Source: Bacteroidia bacterium
GTDB taxonomy: Bacteria > Bacteroidota > Bacteroidia > JABEUT01
Assembly: GCA_035484895.1 (NCBI GenBank)
Contig: DATHOL010000486.1
Coordinates: 1-38,026, forward strand
Reading direction: 5' to 3'
Length of the DNA: 38,026 nt
Shown here: piece by piece, positions 21,201 to 28,486 of the stretch
Position numbering within the stretch: position 1 is the stretch's first letter
Layout: the number at the start of each line of letters is the position of its first letter
The notes under the pieces: model-generated
The model's input: only the letters and a program-made list of their open reading frames with translations
Databases searched by the model: none
Told to the model about the DNA's origin: nothing
Position numbers and translations under genes: made by a program

Positions 21201-22571
21201 GCCAAGCATCCGTGCCAAATCCACCTTTTCAAAATCGGTAACCTGTTGCAAATTTTTACTTTGCAAAGCAGAAATAGCGCTGATTGGATTGGAAATTCCC
21301 GGAGTTTTTTCCAGAATAAAAGGGTCCAGTGAGTTTACCGAATCAGTTGGCAGATACAAAGTAGATGGAGAAAAATATCCGTATTGGGTATTTAATCTGA
21401 CAGGGCCTCCTGTCTTTTCGGTAAAGTGGGGCTGACTTTCACCAAGGTCACTAAATGCCAATATATAACGGGTGTTTTGTGTAGCTGAATTGGTATTGGT
21501 AACCCATACTTCCACACGTGTAATGGAAATTCCTTCCGTAACCAAGGGCGGATGTGCCAAAGCGGTATCATAATTATCGCGGAAATACTGCGCCAGGAAA
21601 TAGTGTTGGTTGGCCATATACTGGTCAGCCTTGATATTGAAATTGGTGGTTTGTGAACCATTTTGAACGATAATCGTTTTCCTGTCTCCCTTTTCCTGGG
21701 CATATACGGTAGTCGATGTCAACCTGCCGAATTGAAGTTTTACTTTTATACCGAATAAACTCTGGCTGCCTGTAATGAGTGTTCCCGGCAAGGGAAAGGT
21801 AACATTACCCGCATCAATTCCTTTAATAATATCGTCTTCCTTACCGCCATATTGCAGTTTCATTTGGTTTTGGAAATCAAAGGTGGCCTTGGTGTTATAG
21901 TTAGTGGTTAGTTTTAGTTTAGTTCCTATTTGCCCGGTTACGCTAAGCTGTATATTTTCATCGAAATTAAAAGTGGTTAAACTCCGCTGTGCCACCGGCA
22001 AAGCCGGGTTCAGCATTTTGGAGTTATTAAATCCAAAGGTTAATTCAGCAGAGCCTTGAGGTGTAATATTTACCGTATTGCCTCCAAATACGTCCTCGAA
22101 AAATTTCCCACCTATTTTAATAGGTGGTATCAAGGCCTTTTTCTGCGCCGCTGTCTGGGTTTGAGCAGTTACTTTTTGCTGGAAGTATTTTTTTTCACTC
22201 TGTCGCCACATATATTCCTCATACTGATCGGAATCCATGTCCATTGGAGGGCGGTATTCTATATCATTACCAATGGTTTGGTAAATATCATACTGTCCGG
22301 TAGTAGTATTATAAATAACATTGGTTTTTATGTTGGAAGGATTGGAGAGCCTGAATCCGCCATCGGGATTATAAAGGGGGTTCATTTCACCCGATTGGTC
22401 GGTAAACGGATATGGAAGACCATTATCATATTGCAGGGTATCGCTATCGGCCCGGCAAATAAGATGGTACTTGTAAATTTCGCCATACGGGTCACTGGCT
22501 TTGGCTTCTGCCATGCAGAAGAAAGACATTACCCCTAGGATAAAGAGTGCGTATTTTTTAATGGAGGTCAA
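15246..22571 (-). CDS. sprA: T9SS outer-membrane translocon SprA (Sov)
   Basis: 2441-aa ORF of the size typical of SprA, with a signal peptide (IKKYALFILGVMSFFCMAEAKA) and a SprA-like N-terminal region (…LQYGGKEDDIIKGIDAGNVTFPLPG…). Beta-rich throughout. TTG start at 22571; the alternative ATG at 22529 would truncate the signal peptide. Confidence 0.9.
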   Translation of the reverse strand: MTSIKKYALFILGVMSFFCMAEAKASDPYGEIYKYHLICRADSDTLQYDNGLPYPFTDQSGEMNPLYNPDGGFRLSNPSNIKTNVIYNTTTGQYDIYQTIGNDIEYRPPMDMDSDQYEEYMWRQSEKKYFQQKVTAQTQTAAQKKALIPPIKIGGKFFEDVFGGNTVNITPQGSAELTFGFNNSKMLNPALPVAQRSLTTFNFDENIQLSVTGQIGTKLKLTTNYNTKATFDFQNQMKLQYGGKEDDIIKGIDAGNVTFPLPGTLITGSQSLFGIKVKLQFGRLTSTTVYAQEKGDRKTIIVQNGSQTTNFNIKADQYMANQHYFLAQYFRDNYDTALAHPPLVTEGISITRVEVWVTNTNSATQNTRYILAFSDLGESQPHFTEKTGGPVRLNTQYGYFSPSTLYLPTDSVNSLDPFILEKTPGISNPISAISALQSKNLQQVTDFEKVDLARMLGPSDYTLNPRLGYISLRQPLNYDQVLAVAFQYTKNGKLYQVGQFSTDGVPTGNELVVKMLKSTNVNTTQPIWSLMMKNIYALGSYQINATNFLLNIWYSNAATGYDIPYLPQGNLKGKQLLEVMGLDQLDQSGDRAPDGLFDFLPGLTVDATNGYIIFPTVEPFGYGLRMKMAAAGDLALAPNYVFQPLYDSLLISAQQQPNLDRYWIRGSFQSSASSDINLGAANIPQGSVLVTAGGNKLTENVDYTVDYTLGRVKILNQGLLSSGTPIQISLENNALFSIQSKTFFGQHFDYMVSKDFNLGATVVNFTEHPLTQIVSIGQEPVSNTMLGLNGDFKKPAPWLTDIIDKLPMIHTKAPSEITASSEFAAMIPGHPKYIGSTGTAYIDDFEGGESFIDISQPLTWSLASTPGGQPSEFPEAAYNNDLRFGMNRAKAAWYVVDPLFQQTESGVTPTNETTAEMSDDRIRMVLQTEIFPNEQSATGTPINLPVLNLAFYPTLKGPYNYDPPGGSNISSGINANFNLNRPTSRWGGIQRPLQETDFETDNIQFIEFWMMDPYTSYNTTPNTTGTLYFDLGDVSEDVLKDGVKSFENGLPTNIADSANPANTNNPWMATAWGHVPINPALVSAFDNDNTTRPFQDIGLDGLSDAQEKSFFANYVNLVHSTYPGTRADSAANADPSTDDFHYYRGDDYDNRHYPVVERYMMYNGLEGNSPTSLQYGGQNPAGGNYPTTETTLPNTEDINQDNTLSQNEAYYEYEVQINPRQVSPGNVGNNFLITAFTATPQVADGSTHHTTWYQFKIPINEYARKVGQISDFHSIRFIRMYFKGFDNQVICRFGKLELVRDEWRKFAGSLLAPGDFVPNENSTTFDEFGVNLEENSNTTPVNYVIPPGIQRQLNLQSANLVQLNEGSLALNVCELQDGDARAVSRNVQLDLRAYKTMNLFVHCQSGEPSSPLKFGDVTAFIRVGSDFTQNYYEYEVPLAVTPQGNYNTSNNSDQTSVWPTDNTMTIQLATLENAKLSRDAAMESNHNITFQTPYTVKDGVNNVTVVGNPTISNTQIMMLGVRNPKRTVNTMSTDDGKPKCAQVWFDELRMTNFSEKGGVATVNRVTAKLADLGTLSLSGHASTPGFGTLEANVGSLSRETDLGYSVATNLEMGKFLPPSWSVSVPTYMSYSDQWILPEYNPLDPDILLSSTLSTLNKQGQDSIKSIVISRSIARSLNFTNVHKNKGKNQKHTHFWDIENFSGNYAFTELNTHDVSYQSNLTKSYKGGLIYTYSFHPKPIEPFKKMDFFRKRKYLALISDFNFYPMIDKLSVSNMFDREYSSFQLRNTIPGAGDIFMPIAVNRAFNVVRTYNLSYSLTKSLRVDFMATNDSRVDEPEGIPANTVQQKDSVVRNFFEHQTNTDYKQTAGVNYDVPLKKIPFLDFMTLTAHYAAGYEWVHAPFGYDSLGATISNSNTKSINSTLNMATLYDKVPFLKKMLKDENRNKPKPSPVSKQPLNRQSANRPPAAEPEDTSQTHDGVFYAEKYLAYLATSLKNVNFSYTQNKGTVLPGYNQTASILGMAPNDNWAPGPAFVFGSQTRIVQHMIQDSLLEKLVNDYTPVSTINTQTINVRANFEPLPDLKIDLTANRTQSQNASYYIDYITGADNKPQYSLNSPNESGNFSMTYIFVQSIFSSSNGSTSTSRVFQRFINDTYTISQRQGNSNPYSIYNPVTQYSSGYSIYSQNVAIPAFLAAYSVQDPKKVTLNPFPAVPLPNWSISYNVYKPIASIWPWVKKNITSITLSNAYTGTYSIGGFSYNLLFNSDANGNPIMKDLNGDFLPRDVIPTVAISDAFSPLIKIAVTFKGNISSNFEIRNDRQAALDMSDIEIAEVHGTEYILGLGYKIKNVLLPIKIGQKAIRNDVTLRADLSIRNNETLIQNAINRSNQITGGQQIITIKTQAEYNINTRITFRIFFDKIINNPFISSTFPTSTMDGGIAIRFSLS

Positions 22572-22657
22572 CTATTTTTTGCTTAACAATAAAGAGTAAA
22601 ATGTTGCAATAAGCAGCTGGTTTAAATGGTTTATATTATTGATTTGAGGGGACGAAA

Positions 22658-23245
22658 TTAAAAGTTTTTCAATACACTTTTAACCAATTCTTCCAAAGAG
22701 ATGGAATTTCCCCCCTCGCGTATGATTTTATCGACTGCTTTTTCTGCTGCATTTCTGACAAATCCAAGTGTTTCAAGTGCATTTAACGCCTCGCTCCGTA
22801 AATTATTGTGCCCGCCTCCAATTATAGGCATGGAGCCAAAATTTTCTTTCCCTACTTTACTTTTCAGGTCGACAATAATACGCTGGGCGGTTTTTTCCCC
22901 TATTCCTTTAATTGCTTTCAGCCTGCTCACATCTCCATTAACGATGGCATTCTGAATATCGTTGGGTGACATGGAAGATAACATAACTCTTGCCGTGGCA
23001 GCCCCTACCCCCGATACACTTATCAAGTCCCTGAACATCACACGCTCTTCCGGTTCGGCAAATCCGTATAATACATGAGCATCTTCCCTGATTGCCTGAT
23101 GTACAAACAACTTACATTCACCTCCATTCGGTATCTTATCAAAGGTATTAATGGAAATATTCAGCATATATCCTATACCATGACAATCGAGCACCACATA
23201 AGCGGGATTCTTTTCCACTATCTTTCCTTGAAAATAATCGTACAT
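22658..23245 (-). CDS. ruvA: Holliday junction branch-migration complex subunit RuvA
   Basis: MYDYFQGKIVEK…VVLDCHGIGY start, two HhH motifs (…ISVSGVGAATA…, …IKGIGEKTAQRI…), 195 aa. Confidence 0.92.
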   Translation of the reverse strand: MYDYFQGKIVEKNPAYVVLDCHGIGYMLNISINTFDKIPNGGECKLFVHQAIREDAHVLYGFAEPEERVMFRDLISVSGVGAATARVMLSSMSPNDIQNAIVNGDVSRLKAIKGIGEKTAQRIIVDLKSKVGKENFGSMPIIGGGHNNLRSEALNALETLGFVRNAAEKAVDKIIREGGNSISLEELVKSVLKNF

Positions 23246-23319
23246 AGCCTTTCTTTGAGTGGGCGAAAGTAAGATTTTTTATGGATTTTGGATGTGAAGA
23301 ATGTTTTAAAGTACATTAC

Positions 23320-23327
23320 CAAATCTA
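23320..23327 (-). promoter_or_regulatory. -7 promoter box TAGATTTG upstream of ruvA
   Basis: Perfect TAnnTTTG on the minus strand, overlapping the stop codon of the TPR gene and 74 nt upstream of the ruvA ATG. Confidence 0.3.
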
Positions 23328-24686
23328 TTCGCTTAATTTTTCAATTAATTCTATTGCTTCGGGCTCTCCTTTTGCAACTGCCATTTCCAGATATCTCATT
23401 CCTTTTTTCTTATCGCCTTTCAAAAATTGAAATTGAGCATAGAAGTATTCGAGCAAATCAACTTTTCTTTTTGTTTCAAATGTTTCCTGAAAATAATCAT
23501 TCGCTTCTTCCATTTCATTTTTTTTCATGTGGTATATGCCAAGATTACGAAATGAATATGCCCTGTCATCGCTTCCGGTGGCCATTGCCTTTTCAATGCT
23601 TTCCCTTCCTTCATCTAATTTGTCAATCATTAAATAAGCAAAGCCAAGGTTATCTAATGAATATGCAAAGTCGGGAATAAATTCAAGGGATTTAAGAAAA
23701 TAGGGGATACTTTCTTCGTATTTTTCCAGTCTTAAATAATAATACCCCAAACTACAGTAACGGCTTGCCAATTTTCTTGAATTACTGGTAAGTGGTATCG
23801 CTTTCCTAAGTTCTGAAATGGCTGCTTCAAAATTGTTTTCACTGTAAAATCTTTGTACAACCTTAATAATTTCATCAGCTATAAACTCCTCTTCAGGCTT
23901 CTCTTCTTTTAAAAATAAATCTACATTAAATACCGATAAGTATTCAATTGACAGGTCAAATTCATCCATCATTTGTTGAGTGAGTTTATCTACCCATGCA
24001 GGATAACCGTTATCTTGAATTATAACGTAAAATGCTAAGGCATAAGCCATTACTTGCGGTGGCACACCTGAGTTAAACTTCCAGGTTCTTTTCCACCCAG
24101 CGTTTACCTCAGTTCCAATTTCATACAATTTTGTCGAAAGAATATACCCCAGCCCAAAATATATTCCCATTACGTAAACAAATAGATTGGAAATACCTTC
24201 TATACTGTATTGAGGCTCTTTTTCAATAATTTTAATTTTCAATAACTCGATAATGATTTTAATTACAAGAATATCCTGATGGTCATTTAGGTTATTTCCG
24301 ATATGTATAAAATATCGTCTTCCGACATTATCATCATTTATTATTTCAAGCTCTGAATAAAATGCATCTCCATAAACTTGATAAGGAGTTTGGGGCATAT
24401 CCCTAATATCTTTTTCAAATTTAACCGTAATCCTCTTTATATCAAGCAAAAGATACTCACTCAAATCTTTTACAAACAGATTTACATCAAACCTTCTTTC
24501 TTTAAATGTTTCAGGAAAATAATAGGAGGTGAAATCAATTTGCTTTACATTTTTGCCCGGCAAGCCAAAATTATTAATTACAAATTTGAAAGCTCTATTT
24601 ATCCATTCCCTGTCATTTTGGGTTATGGAAGGCCCTTTAGGAACTGGAGCCGATCGCGGTGGAGTCTTTTTCCCAAATAATCCCAT
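23325..24686 (-). CDS. Hypothetical protein: uncharacterised N-terminal domain (about 270 aa, two hydrophobic segments) plus C-terminal TPR repeats
   Basis: 453-aa ORF. The C-terminal roughly 180 aa show TPR-like periodicity (…AISELRKAI…YCSLGYYYLRLEKYEESIPYFLKSLEFIPDFAYSLDNLGFAYLMIDKLDEGRESIEKAM…). I recognise no motif in the N-terminal part. The gene is visibly A+T-rich. Confidence 0.7.
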   Translation of the reverse strand: MGLFGKKTPPRSAPVPKGPSITQNDREWINRAFKFVINNFGLPGKNVKQIDFTSYYFPETFKERRFDVNLFVKDLSEYLLLDIKRITVKFEKDIRDMPQTPYQVYGDAFYSELEIINDDNVGRRYFIHIGNNLNDHQDILVIKIIIELLKIKIIEKEPQYSIEGISNLFVYVMGIYFGLGYILSTKLYEIGTEVNAGWKRTWKFNSGVPPQVMAYALAFYVIIQDNGYPAWVDKLTQQMMDEFDLSIEYLSVFNVDLFLKEEKPEEEFIADEIIKVVQRFYSENNFEAAISELRKAIPLTSNSRKLASRYCSLGYYYLRLEKYEESIPYFLKSLEFIPDFAYSLDNLGFAYLMIDKLDEGRESIEKAMATGSDDRAYSFRNLGIYHMKKNEMEEANDYFQETFETKRKVDLLEYFYAQFQFLKGDKKKGMRYLEMAVAKGEPEAIELIEKLSE

Positions 24687-24847
24687 AATTACATTTTATA
24701 AAAATAATACGTTAATGCAATTAACAAATAAACTTTCCCCTCCCATCATTCTCCACATACCCCTTAGGCGCATACTTAACCCTTCTGTGACTTTTGCGCA
24801 CGTCACGACTGGCACAAGAAGTAAAAAAAAGAAACAGAAGATAAACT

Positions 24848-24886
24848 ATAAGAGATAAGTATTTTGCATTTCGGCTCATCTCTTAT
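24848..24886 (-). terminator. Hairpin after maeB (9-bp stem ATAAGAGAT / ATCTCTTAT, 21-nt loop)
   Basis: Read directly: arms at 24848-24856 and 24878-24886, 17 nt after the maeB stop on the minus strand. A T8 run follows about 15 nt further downstream on that strand. Confidence 0.35.
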
Positions 24887-24902
24887 CACTTACTACTACT
24901 CA

Positions 24903-27173
24903 TCACTTGGTTCTTGATTGTGCATCAACTACGGCAATCGTTACCATGTTTACAATTTCCCTTACGGAACAACCCAGTTGCAATATATGCGCCGGTTTTT
25001 TCATGCCCAAAACAATAGGGCCTATAGCTTCCACATCGGCTAATTCCTGCATCATTTTATAAGCAATATTGCCTGAAACTAAATTTGGAAAAATAAGTGT
25101 ATTTACGCTTTTATTCATCAATTCGGAAAAAGGAAATTGTTCTTTCAGTAAATCGTTATTGAGTGCAAAGTTTGCCTGAATGTCGCCATCGACAATCATT
25201 CCAGGGTATTGTTCGTGCAAAATAGAAACCGCCTTGGAAACTTTTTGAGGTATATCTCCTTTCACCGAACCAAAGTTGGAATAGGATAGTAATGCAATAC
25301 GTGGCACAATGTTAAATTGCTTTACGCAATTAGCTGTAAGCGCCGTAATCTCCACCAAATCTTCTGCTGAAGGGTCAATATTCATGGTAGTATCAGCAAG
25401 GAAGAACGGGCCTTTGCGGGTAAGTAAGATATACATTCCGGCAACTCTGTTCACCCCTTGACGGACACCAATAGTTTCCAATGCAGCCCTTATCGGGTCA
25501 GCATATTTGCGGGTAATACCTGAAATCATTGCATCGGCTGCATTGGTTTCAATCATCATACCGCCAAAATAATTACGCTCACGCATTATTTTGCGGGCTT
25601 CAAAAAGAGTGTAGCCCTTTCTTTTTCTTTTCTCCCAAAAAACCTCTCCAAAATGATGGCGGTTATCTTGTTGTTCGTGGCTGCGTGGATCTATAATAGG
25701 CACATCCGTCAAATCAAGGTTATACTCGGCAATTAATTTATTGATATTAGCCACATCGCCTAAAAGTATTGGTTTTGCGATACCCTCATCTTTCACCTGT
25801 TCAGCTGCTTTCAATATTTTATAATGATCAGCCTCAGCAAATACAACCCGCTTAGGATTTTCTTTCGCTTTCGATGTAATGCCTTTCAGTAAGTCGTTAT
25901 CCAACCCCAGTCGTTTGGTTAGTTCCTGCTTATATTCTTCCCAGTCGAGGATATTTATTCTGGCAACGCCGGAGTCAATTGCAGCTTTGGCAACTGCAGG
26001 AGGCACGGTTGTTATTAGCCTCGGGTCTATAGGTTTCGGAATAATATAATCCGGTCCGAAAGTAAGGTGGCGAGAGCCATAAGCAAGGTTTACCGATTCA
26101 GGAACAGGTTCTTTTGCCAAGCCTGCAATAGCATATACAGCTGCCATTTTCATGGCTTCATTAATACGTTTGGCACGCACATCCAATGCTCCACGGAATA
26201 TAAATGGGAATCCCAAAACGTTATTCACCTGGTTAGGATAATCGGAACGGCCTGTTGCCATAATTACATCCTTGCGTGCTGCCGTAGCATCGGGATAGGA
26301 AATTTCGGGAGTCGGGTTTGCCAACGCAAAAACAATGGGGTTATCAGCCATTCCTTTCAGCATGTCCTGGGTCACCACATTACCTTTTGAAAGGCCAATA
26401 AATACATCCGCTCCTTTCATTCCTGCTTTTAAGTCTTTCGCTTTTTTATCTGAAATAAAATATATTTTTTCTTCCGTCAAATCTTTCCGTTCCTTATCTA
26501 TAAGCCCTTTGCTGTCGAACATCATTATGTTTTCGCGCTTTGCGCCGACAGCTATATATAAATGCGCACATGAAATAGCAGATGCCCCTGCCCCATTTAT
26601 TACAATCTTTACTTCATCCAGTTTTTTACCTGCAATCTCTACAGCATTAATTAATGCTGCCGCAGATATAATGGCAGTGCCATGCTGGTCGTCATGCATA
26701 ACAGGAATATCCAACTCATCACGAAGCCTTCTTTCAATTTCAAAACATTCGGGAGCTTTGATGTCCTCCAGGTTTATCCCCCCAAATGTGGGCGAAATAG
26801 CTTTTACAGCTGCAATAAATTTCTCAGGGTCGGTGGCATCTACTTCAATATCGAATACATCAATGTCAGCAAAAATTTTAAACAAAATGCCTTTCCCTTC
26901 CATTACCGGTTTAGATGCTTCGGGGCCAATATTACCTAATCCGAGAACAGCCGTACCATTACTTATTACAGCCACAAGGTTACCTTTGATAGTATATTTA
27001 TAAACATCATCTTTGTTCTCCGCAATACGCAGACAGGGTTCTGCCACGCCGGGCGAATAGGCTAATGAAAGGTCGCGTTGAGAGCTATGTGGTTTGGTAG
27101 GAATAACCTCTATTTTTCCGGGCCTTCCCTGTGAGTGATATTCGAGTGCGTCTTCTATGCTTGTGTTTGCCAT
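24903..27173 (-). CDS. maeB: NADP-dependent malic enzyme (malic enzyme domain fused to a phosphate-acetyltransferase-like domain)
   Basis: 756 aa. N-terminal malic-enzyme blocks (…LSLAYSPGVAEPC…, …VISNGTAVLGLGNIGP…, …GGINLEDI…, …INGAGASA…) plus a C-terminal PTA-like half, the typical MaeB layout. Confidence 0.92.
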   Translation of the reverse strand: MANTSIEDALEYHSQGRPGKIEVIPTKPHSSQRDLSLAYSPGVAEPCLRIAENKDDVYKYTIKGNLVAVISNGTAVLGLGNIGPEASKPVMEGKGILFKIFADIDVFDIEVDATDPEKFIAAVKAISPTFGGINLEDIKAPECFEIERRLRDELDIPVMHDDQHGTAIISAAALINAVEIAGKKLDEVKIVINGAGASAISCAHLYIAVGAKRENIMMFDSKGLIDKERKDLTEEKIYFISDKKAKDLKAGMKGADVFIGLSKGNVVTQDMLKGMADNPIVFALANPTPEISYPDATAARKDVIMATGRSDYPNQVNNVLGFPFIFRGALDVRAKRINEAMKMAAVYAIAGLAKEPVPESVNLAYGSRHLTFGPDYIIPKPIDPRLITTVPPAVAKAAIDSGVARINILDWEEYKQELTKRLGLDNDLLKGITSKAKENPKRVVFAEADHYKILKAAEQVKDEGIAKPILLGDVANINKLIAEYNLDLTDVPIIDPRSHEQQDNRHHFGEVFWEKRKRKGYTLFEARKIMRERNYFGGMMIETNAADAMISGITRKYADPIRAALETIGVRQGVNRVAGMYILLTRKGPFFLADTTMNIDPSAEDLVEITALTANCVKQFNIVPRIALLSYSNFGSVKGDIPQKVSKAVSILHEQYPGMIVDGDIQANFALNNDLLKEQFPFSELMNKSVNTLIFPNLVSGNIAYKMMQELADVEAIGPIVLGMKKPAHILQLGCSVREIVNMVTIAVVDAQSRTK

Positions 27174-27272
27174 ATTCAGTTAAAAGTTCGTAGAGTTTAT
27201 AAAGTTAAAGCCGCTTAAAGCAAAGTCTTTACTTCTTTAATTTTTAAATTTAAAATCAATGCCGACAGTGTA

Positions 27273-27280
27273 TATATTTG
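27273..27280 (+). promoter_or_regulatory. -7 promoter box TATATTTG upstream of selD
   Basis: Perfect TAnnTTTG, 54 nt before the selD ATG. Confidence 0.35.
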
Positions 27281-27334
27281 CCATCGGATAGACAAAAATA
27301 GCAAAGAACGCGGAAACTCATACTTTAATTAATC

Positions 27335-28378
27335 ATGAACGAACCTATTAAGCTTACTCAATACAGCCATGGAGCGGGCTGCGGCTGCAAAATATCGCCT
27401 AAAATACTCGATACTATTTTGCACTCAGATATCCCAAAAGCAAACTACAAAAACCTGATTGTCGGTAACGAAAGCAAAGACGATGCCGCCGTTTATGACA
27501 TTGGCGGAGGCAAGGGAATTATCAGCACCACCGATTTTTTTATGCCCATTGTGGATGACCCGTTCACGTTTGGGAAAATAGCTTCTGCCAATGCAATTAG
27601 TGATATATACGCCATGGGCGGAACCCCGATGATGGCTATAGCTATACTCGGTTGGCCTATAAATAAAGTGCCTATTGAAGCAGCCCAACAAGTGATGGAA
27701 GGTGCGCGTGCTATTTGTGCGGAAATTAATATTCCGCTGGCGGGCGGGCACAGCATTGATGCACCGGAGCCTATTTTCGGATTAGCCGTTACAGGAACGA
27801 TAGATTTAATTCATTTAAAACGCAATGATATCGCCAAAGAAGGTGATTTGCTTTACCTCACCAAACCATTAGGAGTTGGAATTTTGACTACTGCCGAGAA
27901 AAAAGGAATTCTTAAAAAAGAACACGAAGGAGTTGCTGCTTCATTTATGATGAAACTAAATAAGATTGGAGTCGGGTTGGGACAAATAAAAGGAATAAAT
28001 GCAATGACCGATGTAACCGGTTTCGGGCTGATGGGACACCTGCGCGAAATGTGCGAAGGAAGCGGCGTTTGTGCCACTATTCAGTTCAATAAAGTAAAAC
28101 AGATTGCCAATTTGGAAGAATATATACTACAAGGCTCAATACCCGGAGGTACACACCGAAATTGGGACAGTTATGGCTTATTTGTGAACCTTGCAGACGA
28201 AATACAAAAAGCCATTCTTTGCGACCCGCAGACCAGTGGTGGCTTATTAATTGCCGTTAAACCAAGTGCAAGAAAAGAAGTAGAAGAATTACTTGCGAAG
28301 GAAGGATTAGCTGATTTTGCTGAACCTATTGGCGAATTACGATTAAATACCGGAGGCACCTTAATAAATGTTGAATAA
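27335..28378 (+). CDS. selD: Selenide, water dikinase (selenophosphate synthetase), Cys-type
   Basis: N-terminal [16 protein letters not shown] motif, with Cys encoded by TGC at the Sec/Cys position. AIR-synthase-like fold blocks (…DDAAVY…, …TTDFF…, …[10 protein letters not shown]…). 347 aa. Confidence 0.9.
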   Translation: MNEPIKLTQYSHGAGCGCKISPKILDTILHSDIPKANYKNLIVGNESKDDAAVYDIGGGKGIISTTDFFMPIVDDPFTFGKIASANAISDIYAMGGTPMMAIAILGWPINKVPIEAAQQVMEGARAICAEINIPLAGGHSIDAPEPIFGLAVTGTIDLIHLKRNDIAKEGDLLYLTKPLGVGILTTAEKKGILKKEHEGVAASFMMKLNKIGVGLGQIKGINAMTDVTGFGLMGHLREMCEGSGVCATIQFNKVKQIANLEEYILQGSIPGGTHRNWDSYGLFVNLADEIQKAILCDPQTSGGLLIAVKPSARKEVEELLAKEGLADFAEPIGELRLNTGGTLINVE

Positions 28379-28380
28379 AT

Positions 28381-28388
28381 TATCTTTG
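28381..28388 (+). promoter_or_regulatory. -7 promoter box TATCTTTG upstream of the CCG Fe-S gene
   Basis: Perfect TAnnTTTG starting 3 nt after the selD stop, leaving a 98-nt leader before ATG 28487. Confidence 0.3.
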
Positions 28389-28411
28389 CATAAGTTTGCC
28401 CAAAACTATCA

Positions 28412-28480
28412 CGTCATTGCGAGGAACGAAGCAATCTCTTGAATAATGAATAACGAATATTGAACATCGAATAACGAAGT
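28412..28480. repeat. Simple-sequence element in the 5' leader (small hairpin plus reiterated GAATAA words)
   Basis: cATTGCgaggaacgaaGCAATc (5-bp stem, arms 28416-28420 and 28431-28435), followed by GAATAAtGAATAAcgaatattgaacatcGAATAAcgaag. I remember similar 'CFVPRND / NIEY'-translating sequences as recurrent intergenic junk ORFs in Bacteroidota genomes. Confidence 0.3.
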
Positions 28481-28486
28481 TTAAGA

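Noticed and set aside
15147-22538. About sixteen 60-160-aa ORFs in the sprA span (e.g. 22056-22538, 21392-21703, 18314-18583), on the opposite strand or in alternate frames.
   Set aside because: All but one are nested in the 7.3-kb sprA reading frame; the exception, 15147-15476, overlaps only its 3' end and is otherwise intergenic. None has a recognisable domain, signal or promoter box. This number of chance ORFs is expected for a gene of this length.
24738-24770. A C-rich tract (G-rich on the minus strand: GGGG…GG…GG…GGG.GGGG) upstream of the TPR gene, considered as a possible G-quadruplex.
   Set aside because: The runs are short and irregularly spaced, and two of them are only GG. It does not meet the usual G3+N1-7 pattern.
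26335-27003. A 222-aa ORF on the plus strand, antisense to maeB (also 26067-26390 and 26682-26939).
   Set aside because: It lies wholly inside a confidently identified, conserved gene. Its translation is Ser/Ile/Pro/Ala-rich low-complexity text, typical of a shadow frame. No -7 box or recognisable motif.
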